Below are positions 34,046 through 39,116 of a DNA stretch of 39,116 bases, piece by piece. How positions within the stretch are numbered: position 1 is the first letter of the stretch; each line of letters starts with the position of its first letter. The position numbers and the translations under genes were made by a program. Under the pieces are notes generated by a model. The model did no database searches, was not told the origin of the DNA, and was given only the letters and a program-made list of their open reading frames with translations. Origin of the DNA: a virus (lineage: Duplodnaviria; Caudoviricetes); the IMG/VR virus record IMGVR_UViG_3300021133_000012, positions 1 through 39,116 of that record. One strand, written 5' to 3'.

Positions 34046-36991
34046 ATGATACTTTATACAGATACAGCATCAATCAGTAATTTAACCGCAACGGGGTCGT
34101 TGTATGGAACCGCATCATTTGCGGTGACCGCATCCTATTTAATGGGATATGTTCCATCAACATTAGTTTCCAGTTCAATAAGTTCGTCATGGGCATCCAG
34201 TTCATTGAGTTCCAGCGTATCTTTATTAAGTAATACCGCATCTTATGTCACTTCCAGTAACGTTGTTGGAACGGTCAATAGTGCATCATATTCTTTTAGT
34301 TCATCATATGCTCCGCTGATATTACCAAGTCAAATAAGCGTGAACGGAATTACTGCCTCATTTACGGGGTCACACACGGGAACTTTGATTGGAACAGCGT
34401 CGTGGAGTAACAATTCCACCAGCGCATCTTATGTTCCGAATTTATATCCAGTAACGACAGTTCCAAGTTCATCGTGGGCATCTTCAAGTATTTCATCAAG
34501 TTATGCGGCAGTTGCAGGCGCAATTAACTTTATTCCTAATTTGGCAAATACTGCAAGTTATGTGACTGCATCGAATGTTGTCGGCGCAATAAACAGTTCT
34601 TTGACGGCATCATACCTTAATAAAGGTGCCAATATTTATCTTTCTCAGTCGTATATAACGTCAGTTGTTGGTGCAACTTCACCGTCGTTTTCTGCTGCTA
34701 CAATGTATTGGGATGATGATGCTAAGACATATGCAATTTATTCTGATATTTCTGGCAGTTCAACAAAAGTTGGTCAACAACAAACTCTGCGTTGTTATGC
34801 GGGTGAATACATTCCGGCAGGAAGTCCTGTATATGTCACTTCGTCTGTTGGATTTTCAATTCCAGTTATTAAACTGGCAATATCGGATTATTCCGCAGGG
34901 AGTGTAAAACCAAACGTGGTTGGTATTTCCAATACTATTATAAATAGTGGAAGTATTGGATTAGTTACGGGAAACGGTCAAGTTCGTGGATTGAATACTT
35001 TGGGATATACCAGCGGTCAGGCATTATATTTATCCAATACATCTTCCGGTTCATTTTCTACGGTAATACCGCCGCATCCATATGTCATAACGGAGGTTGG
35101 GTATGTGTTAGCAGTGGATGCTGCAAGTGGAAGTATTCAAGTAAGCACCACTAACATTGTACAGAATACTTATCCTTTCGTTGGTATGACAACGTTACCG
35201 ACGATAACTACGGGGAGTGCGGGACAAGTTTATATTGGTGCGGCATATGCTAATTTGTCATTAAATTCGAGTGGTGTTGGACCCGTTCAAAATTATCAAA
35301 TTCCATCAGCATCTTTCACGATTGATACATCCCCATTCAATACTCAGTATATTGCTGTCTCCTATAATAATGGAAATCCGATATATACGTTGGCGACGGA
35401 TGACCAAGCGATAGATGAGATTCAAACTACGTTGGTATATACTTTAGTTTATAGAACTACGGCAGCAGCAGTATCAGTCATTGGTTGGGATACGCCGGGA
35501 AATTTATTACCGAACAAATTGTTGCATAGATTTGCTGACACGATGGGAATTTCACTGGCAGACGGTTTAATTTTAGGTGTTAGTAGTTCATTGTATGCTA
35601 CAATAACTTCGGGAAGTGTGTGGGTGGGTTCACAGAATACTCAATTACCCGCCTGTAATTCCAATGTTAATAGATTTGTATTGGTGGCACATTCCGCAAG
35701 TGCGTGGTCACAGTCGATAGTTACGCAGATGACCAATACTCAATGTGACAATGGAACCAACGTGGTTGCTTTGGGTGGTGGACCAAATCATTGGACATCC
35801 AATTATATTTATCGTGGGGTTGGTAATTTGAATACGATGTTTGTTTTTTATGGTAGTGATTATGCCACATTATCGGCGGCACAAATAGCGTCACCGCCAG
35901 CGGTTCCATCGGAATTTTTGGATACCACTATATTAATTGGTAGAGTGATTTATCAAAAATCAACTGTTCCTGCTGTAGAAATAGATTCGGCATTCACTAC
36001 AATGTTTGCGCCGTCTGGAATATCTAATCATAATGATTTGAATGGATTACAGGGTGGTGCCTCTGGTGAATACTATCATTTAACTTCGGCGTCATATGCG
36101 TCTATTGTTATAAATGGAACATCCAGTTATGCTACCACGGCAAGTTATGCTCCAAATTTATATCCGGTGACTACTGTAGCAAGTTCATCATGGGCAAGTT
36201 CGAGTATTTCATCCAGTTATGCTACTATAGCAAATGCATCAAATAGTAGTTCGGTATCATTAACAACTACCAATGCTGCTTATTATTTAGATTTATCCGC
36301 AGGAACATCAGGTAATCAACCAGTTTATGTTGCATCAGGATTAACCTACAATCCGTCAACTGGATTGTTAAATCCAGTATCCACCACGGAACAATTAAGA
36401 CTCGGGTATAATACTTCAAATTATGTTCAGCATACTGTTAATAGTAATGGTGGTATAACATATAATTCTACGGGAAGTTTACCAAGTTATACCTTCAATG
36501 TTAATACTAATACCAGTAGTTTGTTTATAAGTGCCAGTGGTAAAGTAGGTATCGGAACTCAAATTCCCGTCAACAAATTAGACGTGGTTGGTAACATATC
36601 ATGTTCGGTTATTACTGCTTCCATGTTTTACGGAACTGCATCATTTGCATCATATGCATCAGGAACCGATTTTGCAATCGCTGCCGGAAATACTTTATAC
36701 ACTGCATCCTATGCTAACAATGCTGGTAACATAACAAACGTGGTTGGTATACAATCTAATAATTATAATATATTGACTACGGATAGTATTATAATAATGA
36801 GCGGTTCGTCAGCATTATCTGTAAGTTTACCAGCATTAAGTTCCGGTAAACAATACACGGTAAAAAATGTTAGTCCATATAATTTAACTTTAACAAGTTC
36901 TGTATTAGTCGATAATACGTATACTTGGAACATAAACCAGTTCTCGTCAATGACCGTCATTGCAGGGACAACACAATATTACATAATTTAA
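34046..36991 (+). CDS. Tail fibre-like structural protein with SASY/SSSWASSS repeats
   Basis: S/A/T-rich repeats, HNDLNGLQGG..GEYYHL motif and KVGIGTQIPVNKLDVVGNI. Confidence 0.7.
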   Translation: MILYTDTASISNLTATGSLYGTASFAVTASYLMGYVPSTLVSSSISSSWASSSLSSSVSLLSNTASYVTSSNVVGTVNSASYSFSSSYAPLILPSQISVNGITASFTGSHTGTLIGTASWSNNSTSASYVPNLYPVTTVPSSSWASSSISSSYAAVAGAINFIPNLANTASYVTASNVVGAINSSLTASYLNKGANIYLSQSYITSVVGATSPSFSAATMYWDDDAKTYAIYSDISGSSTKVGQQQTLRCYAGEYIPAGSPVYVTSSVGFSIPVIKLAISDYSAGSVKPNVVGISNTIINSGSIGLVTGNGQVRGLNTLGYTSGQALYLSNTSSGSFSTVIPPHPYVITEVGYVLAVDAASGSIQVSTTNIVQNTYPFVGMTTLPTITTGSAGQVYIGAAYANLSLNSSGVGPVQNYQIPSASFTIDTSPFNTQYIAVSYNNGNPIYTLATDDQAIDEIQTTLVYTLVYRTTAAAVSVIGWDTPGNLLPNKLLHRFADTMGISLADGLILGVSSSLYATITSGSVWVGSQNTQLPACNSNVNRFVLVAHSASAWSQSIVTQMTNTQCDNGTNVVALGGGPNHWTSNYIYRGVGNLNTMFVFYGSDYATLSAAQIASPPAVPSEFLDTTILIGRVIYQKSTVPAVEIDSAFTTMFAPSGISNHNDLNGLQGGASGEYYHLTSASYASIVINGTSSYATTASYAPNLYPVTTVASSSWASSSISSSYATIANASNSSSVSLTTTNAAYYLDLSAGTSGNQPVYVASGLTYNPSTGLLNPVSTTEQLRLGYNTSNYVQHTVNSNGGITYNSTGSLPSYTFNVNTNTSSLFISASGKVGIGTQIPVNKLDVVGNISCSVITASMFYGTASFASYASGTDFAIAAGNTLYTASYANNAGNITNVVGIQSNNYNILTTDSIIIMSGSSALSVSLPALSSGKQYTVKNVSPYNLTLTSSVLVDNTYTWNINQFSSMTVIAGTTQYYII

Positions 36992-37006
36992 AAAGGAACA
37001 TACACC

Positions 37007-37306
37007 ATGCCAATACAACCAACATCGGGGTCGTTAATAATACCACCAATAGAATCCAAAATAGCAGACGCCTATTGGATGACTAATTTAGACATTAATG
37101 CGCCAAGTTTAACGGATAAAGCGGAAATAATATCAACTTTGGTTCCATATAATTCAACAACCGGAGAAATGTTTCCTGACAATGCCGTTAAATTAATTAT
37201 TGATGATGTATTAACCTTGGCAGAAACCGACCCAATTTTAGCAAATACTTGTGGTGTGATATTTGCAGAAATTCAACGACAGTCTCAGATGAAGGGATTA
37301 ATTTAA
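37007..37306 (+). CDS. Small hypothetical protein (possible fibre chaperone)
   Basis: AAAGGA SD; follows the fibre gene. Role inferred from position only. Confidence 0.55.
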   Translation: MPIQPTSGSLIIPPIESKIADAYWMTNLDINAPSLTDKAEIISTLVPYNSTTGEMFPDNAVKLIIDDVLTLAETDPILANTCGVIFAEIQRQSQMKGLI

Positions 37307-37310
37307 CTAC

Positions 37311-38585
37311 TCAGTGGCAAGAAATCCCATTTGCTTTAGCGGGTGGGATGAATTGACACAATTTAGAAAATAAGTTGATGTTTTCTAAAAATCAATGATA
37401 TATATTGTTGTGATAAGAGCATTCAAATATAAATTAACACCTACCAAAGAACAATCCGTTCTTTTAGAAAAACACTTTGGATGCACTCGTTTCATATGGA
37501 ATTGGGCATTGAATAAGAAAATGGAAACTTATCAAACAACAAAAAAGAATGTTTCACGATACGAACTTCAAGCAGAACTTCCAAAAATGAAGAAAGGTGA
37601 ACAACCTTGGTTAACAGAAGTAGGTTCACTTTCCATTCAATCCAAACTTGAAGATTTGGACAAAGCATACACTTCGTTCTTTAGACATAAAAATAAGTAT
37701 CCTAATTTCAAATCCAAAAAGAATAGACAATGCTTTAGAGTTCCACAAAATACTAAGGTGGATTTTGAAAAGGGGAAAGTAATCATTCCAAAGTTTCTTG
37801 AAGGAATTAAATGTATTTACGATAGACAATTTGAGGGAATAATTTCTTCTTCGTATGTATCCAAAACAACCACTGGTAAATATTTCATCTCCATCTTGGT
37901 TGAAGATGGCAAAGAACTTCCAATCAAACCATTAGTAAAAGAAAAGACAACTATTGGAATTGATTTGGGATTGAAACATTTTGCTACTATATCCGATGGA
38001 ACTAAAGTTGAAAATCCAAAACCATTAAAAAGATTTCTCAAGAAACTCAAAAAACAACAACGACAATTAAGTAAAAAAACAAAAGGAAGCAATAATAGAA
38101 ATAAACAGCGAATTAAACTTGCTAAAATCCACGAAAAGATAACCAATTGTAGGAAGGATTTTCACCACAAATTAAGTCATAAGTTGACTCATGATAACCA
38201 AGTGAAGACAATTTGTATGGAAACACTTTCCACAAAGGATATGATGGAAAAATCTTATATGGCAAGACAGATTGCTGATGTAGGATGGAATTCATTCACA
38301 AATATTTTGAAATATAAATGTGATTGGTATGGGAAGAATTTCATCAAAATTGGAAGATATGAACCATCATCCAAGTTATGTTCGTGTGGATATGTAAATC
38401 ATTCTCTGACTTTGAAAGATAGAGAATGGACTTGTCCATTGTGTAATATAACTCACGATAGGGACATTTTAGCAGCAAACAATATTAAATTTATAGGGTT
38501 GGAACAACCCGAATCTAAAGCCTCTGGACTGGAGAAATCTGGGACGAAGGAGGAGACCCATCTCCTTTAGGGGATGGGTAGTTCA
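37311..38585 (+). mobile_element. Non-autonomous IS200/IS605-family (IS1341-like) element, tnpB only
   Basis: Related subterminal hairpins with TTTA loops at 37324-37349 and 38556-38579, right end ...GTAGTTCA, tnpB between them, no tnpA. Left boundary approximate. Confidence 0.85.
37410..38570 (+). CDS. tnpB: RNA-guided endonuclease TnpB
   Basis: N-terminal RAFKYKL..FGCTRFIWN; RuvC residues GIDLG, CMETL and HDRDILAANNI; Zn finger CSC...CPLC. Start is GTG 37410 or ATG 37395. Confidence 0.93.
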   Translation: MIRAFKYKLTPTKEQSVLLEKHFGCTRFIWNWALNKKMETYQTTKKNVSRYELQAELPKMKKGEQPWLTEVGSLSIQSKLEDLDKAYTSFFRHKNKYPNFKSKKNRQCFRVPQNTKVDFEKGKVIIPKFLEGIKCIYDRQFEGIISSSYVSKTTTGKYFISILVEDGKELPIKPLVKEKTTIGIDLGLKHFATISDGTKVENPKPLKRFLKKLKKQQRQLSKKTKGSNNRNKQRIKLAKIHEKITNCRKDFHHKLSHKLTHDNQVKTICMETLSTKDMMEKSYMARQIADVGWNSFTNILKYKCDWYGKNFIKIGRYEPSSKLCSCGYVNHSLTLKDREWTCPLCNITHDRDILAANNIKFIGLEQPESKASGLEKSGTKEETHLL

Positions 38586-38605
38586 TTCATATGGTAACAA
38601 CTTAC
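38490..38605 (+). ncRNA. Putative TnpB omegaRNA (scaffold overlapping tnpB 3' end plus flanking guide)
   Basis: Hairpins GGGTTG-GAA-CAACCC (38496-38510) and 38556-38579. By established TnpB biology the guide would start at about 38586. The 5' boundary is uncertain. Confidence 0.6.
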
Positions 38606-38630
38606 AACACTGAAAGGATGAAGTAACACT

Positions 38631-38933
38631 GTGGCATTAATTATATATCCCAAAGGTCAGTTAGTATATTCGAGAGATTCATCTACGGGTGCGTATACCG
38701 AAATGTTAATTGGTGGTTCACCAAACACCATCCTATATTTGGATGCATCTGGAAGTCTATCATCAATCTCAGCATCAACATTGTTGATTACGGCAAGTTA
38801 TGCCACCAGCGCAAGTTATATGTCGGGTTCAGTTACGGGGTTGGGTGGTGTAGCGACAATACAAACAATCTCAGCATCGGCATATGCAGCATTATCACCC
38901 CCAAATGCCAACACTTTATACATAGTGGTCTAA
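38631..38933 (+). CDS. Small fibre-like structural protein
   Basis: GTG start after AAAGGA; TASYATSASY repeat; C-terminal YAALSPPNANTLYIV. Confidence 0.6.
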   Translation: MALIIYPKGQLVYSRDSSTGAYTEMLIGGSPNTILYLDASGSLSSISASTLLITASYATSASYMSGSVTGLGGVATIQTISASAYAALSPPNANTLYIVV

Positions 38934-38936
38934 ATT

Positions 38937-39116
38937 ATGAGTTATAATGCGTTATATTATGGAAGCAATCCCGTCATAACGATGGTGTCTTCCAGTATTA
39001 CCCAATCAGTTATTCCTTGGGTTCGTGACCCTAACTGGTTGGCATTACCAGTTCTTTCGGCATCCCAACAAGCATTTGTTGGTTTGATGGGTGTGTTGAA
39101 TAGTGAAGGCAATTAC
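38937..39116 (+). CDS. Partial ORF (3' truncated), probable tail-associated protein
   Basis: ATG 3 nt after the previous stop, open to the window end: MSYNALYYGSNP...PWVRDPNWLALP. Confidence 0.6.
   Translation, partial: MSYNALYYGSNPVITMVSSSITQSVIPWVRDPNWLALPVLSASQQAFVGLMGVLNSEGNY

Noticed and set aside
1-39116. Stop codon reassignment as in some large phages
   Set aside because: Core genes are full length in the standard code, and TAA, TGA and TAG all end plausible genes.
1-39116. CRISPR array, tRNA or rRNA genes
   Set aside because: No regularly spaced repeats or cloverleaf motifs seen, and intergenic gaps are short. A tRNAscan-SE run would confirm.

Overview
This AT-rich window comes from a large T4-like (myovirus-type) bacteriophage genome read in the standard genetic code. 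It holds the 3' part of an SbcC/gp46-like ATPase and a head morphogenesis set: large terminase, portal, gp21-type prohead protease, scaffold and gp23-type major capsid protein. Between protease and scaffold lie about 12 kb of other genes. These include a sigma70-promoter-driven accessory block (GMP reductase, HD-like protein, RlaP-like nucleotidyltransferase, CX5R phosphatase, DenV-like glycosylase) and an inverted operon of small proteins. The window also has four free-standing homing-endonuclease-like genes, a signal-peptide beta-helix protein, Ser/Ala/Thr-rich tail-fibre-like genes and a TnpB-only IS200/IS605-family element. Three patterns stand out. (1) About ten otherwise unrelated proteins share an N-terminal MIKLxxLIxE-type leader and internal [LIV]xE sites, suggesting a large capsid-targeted, protease-matured cargo system that includes two ADP-ribosyltransferase-like proteins. 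(2) A TATTTAT(A/T) motif sits 2-5 nt before several late-gene start codons on both strands. (3) Sigma70-type promoters lie only 6-10 nt from ATG, implying widespread leaderless mRNAs. All family calls come from motif recognition by eye; no database searches were run.
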